This document shows, piece by piece, positions 36,781-45,124 of a stretch of DNA of 64,000 bases. The translations under genes and the position numbers were made by a program. Below the pieces are notes generated by a model, which was given only the letters and a program-made list of their open reading frames with translations, was not told the DNA's origin and made no database searches. The stretch lies in IMG/VR virus record IMGVR_UViG_3300042465_005116, positions 165,288-229,287 of that record. One strand, written 5' to 3'. Position 1 is the stretch's first letter; every line of letters begins with the position of its first letter. Source of the stretch: a virus (Duplodnaviria > Caudoviricetes).

Positions 36781-37401
36781 TTAACTATTTAAGAAATTAG
36801 ATAAGTACCCAGATAAACGATTAGCTCTTTCCATAAAGAACCCCTTCTCTTCGTTTGTAAGTTTTTTAGGTTTGGTATAATCAATTCCAACTGTACCAAT
36901 ACATGATTCAGTTTTTATATCAAAAAGTGCTATACAATATGATGCCTTTGTACCTGCTGCTTCTGCACCTGGTTTTAATCCGAATGTTGCTATGGTTGGG
37001 TCCTCAAAATTAGGAATAAAAATATAACCAGTTTTAAGCATTTCATCGATTGATTTTGCAAATAGAGAAAGAGGTATATTTGTAAATGTATGTGCTATTT
37101 TGGCAACTCCTGCTTTTTCTACTTCGTATACTACTGAAAATTTCTGAATAGATTTATTGGTATGTAGAAAATGTCCTCCATTGTGAAACATTGATATCCA
37201 AACTCTATCTCCATTAAGTTCTTCTCTGATGTTTTCGATTTCTTCTTCAATGACAAGTCCCTGTTGACATCCTTTTTTAATAGGGTCTTCTTTTTCTTTC
37301 TTAGATAATTTAACCTTAACCCACTCTAATACGATTGGACCGATTACTGCTGTTATCAAAGCAATTATAATTGTAGCAAATATTTCCATTTGGTGTGACA
37401 T
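36781..37401 (-). CDS. membrane-anchored GAF-like protein (T4 holin T-like architecture)
   Basis: N-terminal TM helix, then RVWISMFHNGG..QKFS..YE soluble domain. Confidence 0.5.
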   Translation of the reverse strand: MSHQMEIFATIIIALITAVIGPIVLEWVKVKLSKKEKEDPIKKGCQQGLVIEEEIENIREELNGDRVWISMFHNGGHFLHTNKSIQKFSVVYEVEKAGVAKIAHTFTNIPLSLFAKSIDEMLKTGYIFIPNFEDPTIATFGLKPGAEAAGTKASYCIALFDIKTESCIGTVGIDYTKPKKLTNEEKGFFMERANRLSGYLSNFLNS

Positions 37402-37422
37402 TACTTTTGAACCTTTAATTTA

Positions 37423-37722
37423 TTATTGTTCCTTGTCAAACCCGTAGTTGGCTTGGTTGATGTAATTTTGGGATTTTGAAATATGGTCTTGTATCCATGC
37501 GGCTACATTAAATTCCGAATCACCCATTTTTTGTTTTAATTCTGTTGCAGACTTGATTATATCATCTAATTGTTTTTGTGCCATAGATACTTCGTAATCG
37601 GAATCCTCACCCTCTTTAAGAGGTTTGAATGCATTTGCGTAAGGATTACTATACACCTTACCCAACTCCACCTTACGACCGTTCCAGTCCATTCCAGTCA
37701 TTATATTTTTTAAACTTATCAT
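37423..37722 (-). CDS. phage head-associated-type protein
   Basis: LKEG then DYEVSMA..QL...AWIQDHI motif. Confidence 0.5.
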   Translation of the reverse strand: MISLKNIMTGMDWNGRKVELGKVYSNPYANAFKPLKEGEDSDYEVSMAQKQLDDIIKSATELKQKMGDSEFNVAAWIQDHISKSQNYINQANYGFDKEQ

Positions 37723-37726
37723 ATGA

Positions 37727-39079
37727 TTATCCTATATAGCAGTTTAATTCGTATTTATTTTTCATTCCGTATACTTGGATTTGAAGCATTTTCTTTTGTA
37801 CTCTATTATCTTTAACTAATTCGATACTGAATCTATTAGTCTTTCCTTCCGATGGTTTCTTCGGACCCATTCCTATTTTAGTAAATGAATCATCATCGTT
37901 AATAGTGTATCCTTTTTTCTCCGCATATGCTTTAGCTGCATTAATTGCTGAAGTGTATGAATCATGATATACTTCGTAATCAGATTTTGCTTCGTTTACC
38001 GATTCACTAAATGCTTTGATAATACCTTGTGCAAATTTATTGTTAGCTTTACCTACAATAGCAGTTGAAATATCCATTCTATTACTTAATGTATGTGGAC
38101 CTTTCATTTTAAGGTATGCAAGTAATTTTCTAGCATGAATATTATTATCATCAATAAACTTTTGAACCGCATCTCCTCTAAGACCTGTTAGTGCTGCAAT
38201 TCCCATTGCTTCCACACTTGCAGCTTCGTTTACTGATTCGTTATTTATTTTTTTGATTCCCAACCCACTCTTTATTTTAGTAAGGGTTTGTAGAGCGTTT
38301 TTTAATCTTTGTTGGATTAGATTTTTTTGAGTTGATGATTTGGTTGAATTCATTTTATCTCTCAATGCTTTAATTCTATCATTAAGTTTTTGTATTCTAT
38401 CACCCTCTACTGATTCTTTAATATTTAATTCATCTTGATATTGTACGATATCTTCATAATTTGTATCTAATAGTTCCTCTTCAATATCACGTCTTGATGC
38501 TTTTGAATTTCTACATACAACTACTGCAACTTTCTTTTTTGTGAATGAACCACCTCTATCATACATTTTCATTATTTCTTTAAAATGTACATCGTTTCTA
38601 CTCATTTCATTTACTGATTCACCAAACTCACCTCTACCATCTTTTTCTGCTGCTCTCATTGCACTACTGCTATTTCTCATATCAGGAGAGGCATTTTTAA
38701 GATATTTAATAACTTGAATTTGTTTTGCTAATAAATCTTTATATATTTTAGCGTATTCTTCTTTAGAAACCAAACTATTTTTTAATAAAAATAATACAAG
38801 TGCAGGTTGTTTACCCCTAGTCTTTACATCTGATTGGGTAGTACCAGTTAATTTAGCTAAATCATTTGCTACATATATTCTATGTCCTAATGTTTTACCT
38901 ACTAATTTTGTTATGGGTTCATTAACATAAGCCATTGCTAAATCCAAAATTTCGGTTGGTGTCATATTTTTATCGGTATATTGTTTTTTACCGAAATCAT
39001 ATGTTGCTTCTGATATTGATTGGTGAAAATTTTCACGAATCAATTTTGCAATTACTTTTTTTAAATCATCCATTTTCAT
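37727..39079 (-). CDS. modular putative internal head protein
   Basis: Modules separated by ISEA, SVNE, IKES, SVNEA and SVNEA. Confidence 0.55.
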   Translation of the reverse strand: MKMDDLKKVIAKLIRENFHQSISEATYDFGKKQYTDKNMTPTEILDLAMAYVNEPITKLVGKTLGHRIYVANDLAKLTGTTQSDVKTRGKQPALVLFLLKNSLVSKEEYAKIYKDLLAKQIQVIKYLKNASPDMRNSSSAMRAAEKDGRGEFGESVNEMSRNDVHFKEIMKMYDRGGSFTKKKVAVVVCRNSKASRRDIEEELLDTNYEDIVQYQDELNIKESVEGDRIQKLNDRIKALRDKMNSTKSSTQKNLIQQRLKNALQTLTKIKSGLGIKKINNESVNEAASVEAMGIAALTGLRGDAVQKFIDDNNIHARKLLAYLKMKGPHTLSNRMDISTAIVGKANNKFAQGIIKAFSESVNEAKSDYEVYHDSYTSAINAAKAYAEKKGYTINDDDSFTKIGMGPKKPSEGKTNRFSIELVKDNRVQKKMLQIQVYGMKNKYELNCYIG

Positions 39080-39114
39080 ACTTCTATTATTTTAATATAT
39101 CAATAAATATTGAA

Positions 39115-39762
39115 TTATTTTTTTAATCGGATTTTCCAATAAACTCCTGCTCCAACATATGGTTTAAATTCACCATTTACTCCATCGATTGTTGAGTTAG
39201 TAACTCCTACATTAACTTGATATATTTTATCTTTTTTAGTTTTTAATATCACTCCAGTACTAAGACCATTAATAAAATCAGCTTTGTTAAATTGACCACC
39301 AAATCCAAAATAGACTTGATTCTTAGGTAATTCTTTTACTATTGTAGTTTCTTTGATAGTTCTTTGTTTAACATTTGCGTTAAAAGTTCTGCCAAATATT
39401 TTATTTTGTGAGATAGTATCAGTTACTGCAACAGTTCCTAATGAATCAGGTAATACTAATACATCTTTATATAATACTTTTGTATAGTATTGTTTTAGGA
39501 TTGCACTAGTATCTACATTTGCAGGTACTATAACCTCTTTCTCAACGATTGTTTCGTGGTAAATATCTTCACCTTTTTTAGTTACTACTTTTGTCTTAAC
39601 TACTTCAATTGTATCAATTTCATGTTTAATAAGTTCGTACTTTTTACCATTTACTTTTACAATTTCACCAGTTTGGTTTTTATTCCCACCACATTGTTGG
39701 AATACAACAATTGCAATTAATAATAATAATGCAATGTTTTTGATGTTTAATAATTTTTTCAT
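39115..39762 (-). CDS. membrane-anchored or lipoprotein, possibly spanin-like
   Basis: Signal peptide ending QQC; KYYTKV.YKD..., DTISQNKI, C-terminal beta-strands. Confidence 0.5.
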   Translation of the reverse strand: MKKLLNIKNIALLLLIAIVVFQQCGGNKNQTGEIVKVNGKKYELIKHEIDTIEVVKTKVVTKKGEDIYHETIVEKEVIVPANVDTSAILKQYYTKVLYKDVLVLPDSLGTVAVTDTISQNKIFGRTFNANVKQRTIKETTIVKELPKNQVYFGFGGQFNKADFINGLSTGVILKTKKDKIYQVNVGVTNSTIDGVNGEFKPYVGAGVYWKIRLKK

Positions 39763-39792
39763 AAAATTTTGTTGTTTGTATTACTATAAGTA

Positions 39793-41316
39793 TTAGAATG
39801 TCATTTTAGAACCAATTTGGAAATTATGCAACAAACTGAATTCTGGTTCAAACGCTATATTTGCTTTATATCCAAAGTTAAATCCAAATCTTTTACTAAT
39901 TCTATAATCAATAGCAGTTCCTAATAAAGCACCAGGTGTTCTACTTACGGATGTTCCACCTGTTAGTGAATTATAAGCAATAGGTGCTGACATTACAAAT
40001 ATCTGAGGTGAAATCGTAAGTTTTCTTGAGTATTGATATGGTTTAGTCCAAAATACCACTACTGAGGTTGAGAATGATGTATTGTATTTCATTTCAGTAC
40101 CTTTCATCATTAACATAATTGCACCTAAGTTATATCCAAATGTACCCAATGTTGGGTGTGGTTTAATCCATGTATATCCCATTAATCCCATCAACGTACC
40201 TTTAAGATATGCAGATGTTAATGAGTAACTATTAAGTGCTTTTAATTTACCATCTGCTATTACCATTTTAGTAACTCCTGATGATAGTGCAAATTGGTCA
40301 AATGTAGACCATATTAATGCAGAGCTGGAATATGATTTATCACCCATTAGAGATGATTTAGATACACCTACTGACATCATTACTGCGTATTCACCATCTG
40401 CGGATTCAGTTCCTGCTAAATCAGATGATAACATCATTGGATTTGTAACTGCAGTTTTTTTCTTTTCTTTCTTTTCCTCTTTTTTCTCTTCCTTTTTTTC
40501 TTCTTTCTTTTCTTCCTTTTTTTCTTCTTTCTTTTCTTCCGATTTACTTTCCTCTTTTTTCTCTTCTTTACTTTCAGACTTAGTTTCCTCTTTCTTTTCC
40601 TCTGATTTAGTTTCGGTTTTCTTTTCTTCGGTTTTCGATTCTGTTTTAGCTTCAGTTTTAGTTTCGGTCTTACTCTCCGTAGATGAGCCAGATGATGATG
40701 AACTTGATGAAGACCCACCACTACTTGATGATGAAGAACTACTTGCAGGTGGAGGTGTTGAACTACTACTTGCAGGTGGAGGTGTTGATGTTGGTGGTGG
40801 AGTTGCTACTGATGAAGTTGCTGCTGTTGCAGATGAGGTTGCTGCCGAAGAAGCGGATGATGATGCGGCACCACTCGCGGATGAACTTGCTGCTTTTGCT
40901 GCTGCATCTGCTGCTGCTTTTGCTGCTGCATCCGATGCTGCTTTTGCTGCTGCATCTGCTGCTGCTTGTGCGGCGGCGGATGCTGCTGCGGCTGCTGCTT
41001 GTGCTGCAGCCTGAGTTACTGCTTGTTGGACAGTTTGTTGAACTACTACATTAGTTGGACACCCTAATGTGGAATATGCCAAATAGGTAGTTTGTAACCA
41101 TGCATTTAATATACCACTTTGTACTTCAAGGGGAGTGAATGTTCGAACTTGATTATAAAATGAAACCACTGCATTACCTCTTACATAAGTTGTGGTTGCA
41201 ATTTTTATTTCACCAGTACATTTATCTACAAATGATTGCGTGAATACTTGACCATTTACTTTTTGTGCAAATAGAACAATACAAATTATTATAAAGTTTA
41301 CTACCCATTTTTTCAT
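39793..41316 (-). CDS. secreted protein with Ala/Ser/Pro- and Glu/Lys-rich linkers and a C-terminal beta-barrel-like domain
   Basis: Signal peptide, (AAKAA)n, poly-S, (EEKK)n, amphipathic strands, terminal F. Confidence 0.75.
   Translation of the reverse strand: MKKWVVNFIIICIVLFAQKVNGQVFTQSFVDKCTGEIKIATTTYVRGNAVVSFYNQVRTFTPLEVQSGILNAWLQTTYLAYSTLGCPTNVVVQQTVQQAVTQAAAQAAAAAASAAAQAAADAAAKAASDAAAKAAADAAAKAASSSASGAASSSASSAATSSATAATSSVATPPPTSTPPPASSSSTPPPASSSSSSSSGGSSSSSSSSGSSTESKTETKTEAKTESKTEEKKTETKSEEKKEETKSESKEEKKEESKSEEKKEEKKEEKKEEKKEEKKEEKKEKKKTAVTNPMMLSSDLAGTESADGEYAVMMSVGVSKSSLMGDKSYSSSALIWSTFDQFALSSGVTKMVIADGKLKALNSYSLTSAYLKGTLMGLMGYTWIKPHPTLGTFGYNLGAIMLMMKGTEMKYNTSFSTSVVVFWTKPYQYSRKLTISPQIFVMSAPIAYNSLTGGTSVSRTPGALLGTAIDYRISKRFGFNFGYKANIAFEPEFSLLHNFQIGSKMTF
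40450..41030. repeat. coding low-complexity and tandem repeats
   Basis: TTCTTTTCTTC-like runs, (TGCTGC)n, and a 21-nt duplication at 40741 and 40768. Confidence 0.7.
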
Positions 41317-42143
41317 TACTTATTATTCAATCCGATTGAAATTTGAGAATACCCTCTAATTGGGTCAGTTTCTAATTTTAATGTAACGAATTTGAAATCT
41401 TTTATAACACCAACTTTAAATGTAGTGAATGAGGAATTTGATTTTGGAAATGAGATACCACCTAAGTCATCTTTACCTTGCCATCTGATAACTTCATTAC
41501 CAAATCCTATCATACCATGTATACCTATTTTACCAATTCGTTTACCACCACCTACATATAAAGTTGATTCTTTTTTCCAATCTTCTTTACTAAGTGGAAA
41601 GTCAACATTATTAATTTGACCATATGGATAGTATTGGTTTTGGTCTATTGCATAAGTCATTACATAATCCATAATGAAATATGATTTTTTACCACCAACG
41701 ATTCCCCAAAATGCTGCTTGTTTATTAGTAGTATGCCCAAATCCAAATGAGGTATAAACTCTTTCTTTTCTAATAGTATCTCTTTTACCACTTTCGTATA
41801 CATGAATTACACTTCTTTGTCTCCATCCGTAATCATCATACCAAATGTAAGGCATTGGTTGATACCATCCCCAATTATTCCATTGCCAACCCCAATTATT
41901 ACCACCCCATCGCCAATTGTTTGGTCGTGCAATTATATTATAGTTTGGTTTAGATGTTTCTGGTGGATTGTTTCTCCAGCTACTCACATTATTTTGTTGT
42001 GGTACAGATGGTTGAACTCTTGTTTGAGTTGATTGTGATATTTGTGATGATGCCGGAACACTTCCACCACTTTGTCTCCAAGTTGATACTTGTGAAAATG
42101 CTAACGTTGGTAATAATACCAATAAGGTTATTATACTTTTCAT
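41316..42143 (-). CDS. secreted protein with a W/G/N-rich segment and an outer-membrane beta-barrel-like C-terminus
   Basis: MKSIITLLVLLPTLAFSQ signal; WRWGGNNWGWQWNNWGW; alternating strands. Confidence 0.7.
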   Translation of the reverse strand: MKSIITLLVLLPTLAFSQVSTWRQSGGSVPASSQISQSTQTRVQPSVPQQNNVSSWRNNPPETSKPNYNIIARPNNWRWGGNNWGWQWNNWGWYQPMPYIWYDDYGWRQRSVIHVYESGKRDTIRKERVYTSFGFGHTTNKQAAFWGIVGGKKSYFIMDYVMTYAIDQNQYYPYGQINNVDFPLSKEDWKKESTLYVGGGKRIGKIGIHGMIGFGNEVIRWQGKDDLGGISFPKSNSSFTTFKVGVIKDFKFVTLKLETDPIRGYSQISIGLNNK

Positions 42144-42147
42144 AGGA

Positions 42148-42870
42148 CTATCTTTTATATAAATATAACATTCCATTTCCATCAACACAAATTGCACTCA
42201 TATTCTCAATCCAATCACCACTATTTAAATATCTCTTATCGTTTATCATTCTGTCTTCTGGTTGATGGATATGCCCACATATAACTCCATCACATCCTTT
42301 TTTAGTTGCCATTGATAATGCGGTGGTTTCAAAATCATTTACATAATTTGTTGCAACCTTAACTGAATTTTTAATCTTTTGTGAGATGGATATGTAAGGT
42401 AGTTTTCTCCACTTACGATATGTGTTGTAAACTCTATTTAACCAAAGTGCAAAATCATATCCCACTGCACCTATCTTTGATAACCATTTATATTTTGTAA
42501 TGAATACATCGATGACATCTCCATGAAAACAATAGTATTTTTTTTCGTTCACATTTAGGATATAATCCTCTCTTATTTCAATTGACCCAATGTGATTATT
42601 CATAAATTCTTGAATAAATTCATCGTGGTTTCCTCTAATCCAAATAATACGAGTTTTATTAGAAATCTTTAATAACTTACTGATTACTTTGGTATGCGAT
42701 TTTCTCCATTTAGAACCTCTATTCAATGCCCAACCATCAATTATATCTCCATTAAGAATTAATAATTCCGTAGGATGTGATTCTATAAATTCTATGAATT
42801 CATCAGTTTTAGAATCTTTTATACCTAAGTGTAAATCTGATACTATGATTGCTTGATATTTCATGTCCAA
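42148..42870 (-). CDS. lpxH: UDP-2,3-diacylglucosamine hydrolase-like metallophosphoesterase
   Basis: SDLHLG, LNGDIIDGW, GNHD, HGD, CGHIH, NSGDW. Confidence 0.8.
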   Translation of the reverse strand: MDMKYQAIIVSDLHLGIKDSKTDEFIEFIESHPTELLILNGDIIDGWALNRGSKWRKSHTKVISKLLKISNKTRIIWIRGNHDEFIQEFMNNHIGSIEIREDYILNVNEKKYYCFHGDVIDVFITKYKWLSKIGAVGYDFALWLNRVYNTYRKWRKLPYISISQKIKNSVKVATNYVNDFETTALSMATKKGCDGVICGHIHQPEDRMINDKRYLNSGDWIENMSAICVDGNGMLYLYKR

Positions 42871-43580
42871 TAGTTGTGGTGGTGTTTAAAGAAGTTAGGA
42901 TTATTTCGGTTTATATAACTTAGTATCATTATCTTAAACATCCATAATACTCCTTTATTTTTAAATCGCCTTGCAGATGTCCACACTCCTTTTGTTTTAT
43001 GAATCCAAAATTTCTTTGGATTTATTTTAGATGAAAGTGAGTAATCTTCTGCAAATAATTCTTCGGGATTATATCCACCAATCTCCCAATAGGTTTTGGT
43101 ATTAAATATCTGAAATCCTCCTACTGCAAATGGTGTACCTAATAATGTGCTCAATCTTTGAAATTTATCAAAAATACGGAAAACCCAATTCCATCCCTTT
43201 TCTGTCTGAAATGGAGTTGTTACTAAATCTACTTCGTAATATGCAAGTGAAGTTTCCCATATATTTTTTAATAGATTTTTATTTCTTAACATCACATCCG
43301 CATCTAAGAATAGAACGTATGGTGTTTTTACCAATTGTGAACCATTTAGACGGGCTTTAGCAGGATATCCACCATTGATGGTATGAATTACTATGGAGAA
43401 CCCAAAATCGATTCTTGCCCTGCTTAACCAATAAAGTGAATCCGCATCATCGGAACTATCTGCAATTACTACATTAGTTCCTTCTATATCAGATTGTTTA
43501 CAAATTAAACCTAAACAATCGTAAATGTTAATACCTTCATTTTTACAAGGTATAACGATAGTAAGTATTTCTTTTAGCAT
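42861..43580 (-). CDS. GT2 glycosyltransferase
   Basis: IVIPCKNE, ARLNG, LFLDADV, AEDY.LS, TSARRF. Confidence 0.88.
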   Translation of the reverse strand: MLKEILTIVIPCKNEGINIYDCLGLICKQSDIEGTNVVIADSSDDADSLYWLSRARIDFGFSIVIHTINGGYPAKARLNGSQLVKTPYVLFLDADVMLRNKNLLKNIWETSLAYYEVDLVTTPFQTEKGWNWVFRIFDKFQRLSTLLGTPFAVGGFQIFNTKTYWEIGGYNPEELFAEDYSLSSKINPKKFWIHKTKGVWTSARRFKNKGVLWMFKIMILSYINRNNPNFFKHHHNYWT

Positions 43581-43589
43581 ATAGGTATA

Positions 43590-43620
43590 AATAAAAAATC
43601 CCCATTTTTATTGGGGGACT
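43590..43620 (-). terminator. rho-independent terminator
   Basis: CCCC/GGGG stem followed by TTTTTT on the minus strand. Confidence 0.5.
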
Positions 43621-43643
43621 TATGTATTATTAAATTATTAATA

Positions 43644-43877
43644 TTAATTTTTTTCTTTTAAACAAATTCGATTAAATTCTTCTTCTCTTAATGCTATAGT
43701 TTGTTCAACGTGTCCTTGTTTTGAAACCAGATTGATAACATATAACCCCCATTGTTTTTTTTGTATCTCAATGTCCTGTCCACTCACGAATCCAATTTCC
43801 ATTAATTTAAGCCTCATACATGAAATGCATTCTTCACATGGGTCGTTTACCGGCACATCTATAACCTTATATATCAT
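43644..43877 (-). CDS. feoA: FeoA-domain protein with an N-terminal CxxCxxC
   Basis: RLKLMEIGFVSGQDIEI...IALREEE. Confidence 0.65.
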   Translation of the reverse strand: MIYKVIDVPVNDPCEECISCMRLKLMEIGFVSGQDIEIQKKQWGLYVINLVSKQGHVEQTIALREEEFNRICLKEKN

Positions 43878-43892
43878 ATGTATAAATATAAA

Positions 43893-43917
43893 AAAAGGGA
43901 GAATAAATCTCCCTTTT
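43893..43917 (-). terminator. rho-independent terminator
   Basis: AAAAGGGAGA-5nt-TCTCCCTTTT perfect stem. Confidence 0.75.
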
Positions 43918-43921
43918 GATA

Positions 43922-45124
43922 TTAATTACCTTTTGTTGGGAATCTAGTCCAACCACTAATCCATATTGGTTTGGATAATATTTCCATTTCAGCTTTTGTA
44001 TAAGATACTTGTTTGTTACCCTCTGATAAAGCTTTTACCTTCATATCAGCTGCAGTAAATATAGTTGATGTTGATTTGAAGTTTAATAATGGTTCATACG
44101 CCTGAATCTCATTATTTTGGAACTTACTTACACCATCTTTATATGCCTGTGCAGTTTCATTACTTTCCATTGAGAATCCACCTTTTTGATATCCAACAAT
44201 CTTTGAGTTAGTAATTGTGAATTGAGTTGCTCTCCTCCATCTTAAACCTAAATTGTGGTTTGCTAATGCGGTTACATCAAATGGTCCAACTAAAATCATA
44301 TTATCTAATTTAGGATGTGTGAATGGTTGTGCAGATGTACCTGTTCCATCATTATCACACTCTACACCATTTCCAGCATCACCGGCATCTACAAATAATG
44401 GGTCTCTCTTTGATACTGAATAAGATACTGAACCTCTATATCCAAAATCAAAATCGTAATCATCATCCGCAGTTGCATAAGCGTATAAGTTCTTTGCATT
44501 TACAGTTCCACCAAAGAATTCAAATGCATCATCGTTAGCGTAAATAGTTTGAACATTCTCAATGATTGTTCCACTACCAACACCACCCAATGTTAGGGCG
44601 TTGATTTCAGAGTTTGGCATTGCTGCGATACCAGCGTATTCAATTCTTACATATTTTAGAATACCACTATTATCTATATCGTTAGTGCCACCATATGGTC
44701 TACCAATACCACCTTCAATAGTTGGTTCGGAAGTTCTATTAGTAGTTGCCCTACCTAATAATACCACACCACCCCAATCACCAGGAGTTCTTTCACCTAC
44801 TGCTTTGCCTGATGTAAATACAATTGGTTTTGCCGAAGTTCCTTCTGCTAAAAGTTGTGCACCTCTTTCAATAATTAATGCACCTTTCTCTGCAATATCA
44901 GAAATAATTGTTGTACCCGGTTGGATAATAAGTTTAGCACCATCAGTTACATAAACATATCCTTTTAATGTCCATACTTTGTCTGATGTCAAAGTTGTTG
45001 TTGTGTTAATGTTACCACTCAAAGTTGTTGAAGTTGGAACATTGATAGGAGTTATATCACCACCTAATTCTTTTTGGCAACTGAATAATCCTAATACCAA
45101 AATAATACCTAATAATTTTTTCAT
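43922..45124 (-). CDS. beta-helix lipoprotein, partner of the TonB-dependent receptor
   Basis: Lipobox LFSC; GDWGGVVLLG, NSGILKYVRIEYAG, DDAFEFFGGTVN. Confidence 0.8.
   Translation of the reverse strand: MKKLLGIILVLGLFSCQKELGGDITPINVPTSTTLSGNINTTTTLTSDKVWTLKGYVYVTDGAKLIIQPGTTIISDIAEKGALIIERGAQLLAEGTSAKPIVFTSGKAVGERTPGDWGGVVLLGRATTNRTSEPTIEGGIGRPYGGTNDIDNSGILKYVRIEYAGIAAMPNSEINALTLGGVGSGTIIENVQTIYANDDAFEFFGGTVNAKNLYAYATADDDYDFDFGYRGSVSYSVSKRDPLFVDAGDAGNGVECDNDGTGTSAQPFTHPKLDNMILVGPFDVTALANHNLGLRWRRATQFTITNSKIVGYQKGGFSMESNETAQAYKDGVSKFQNNEIQAYEPLLNFKSTSTIFTAADMKVKALSEGNKQVSYTKAEMEILSKPIWISGWTRFPTKGN

Noticed and set aside
40434-40721. Lys/Arg-rich alternative-frame ORF
   Set aside because: It is a frame-shifted reading of the (EEKK)n low-complexity segment of 39793..41316.
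40450-41030. Possible CRISPR array or satellite repeat
   Set aside because: The repeats are in-frame codon repeats without unique spacers; no CRISPR array or cas gene was seen in the window.
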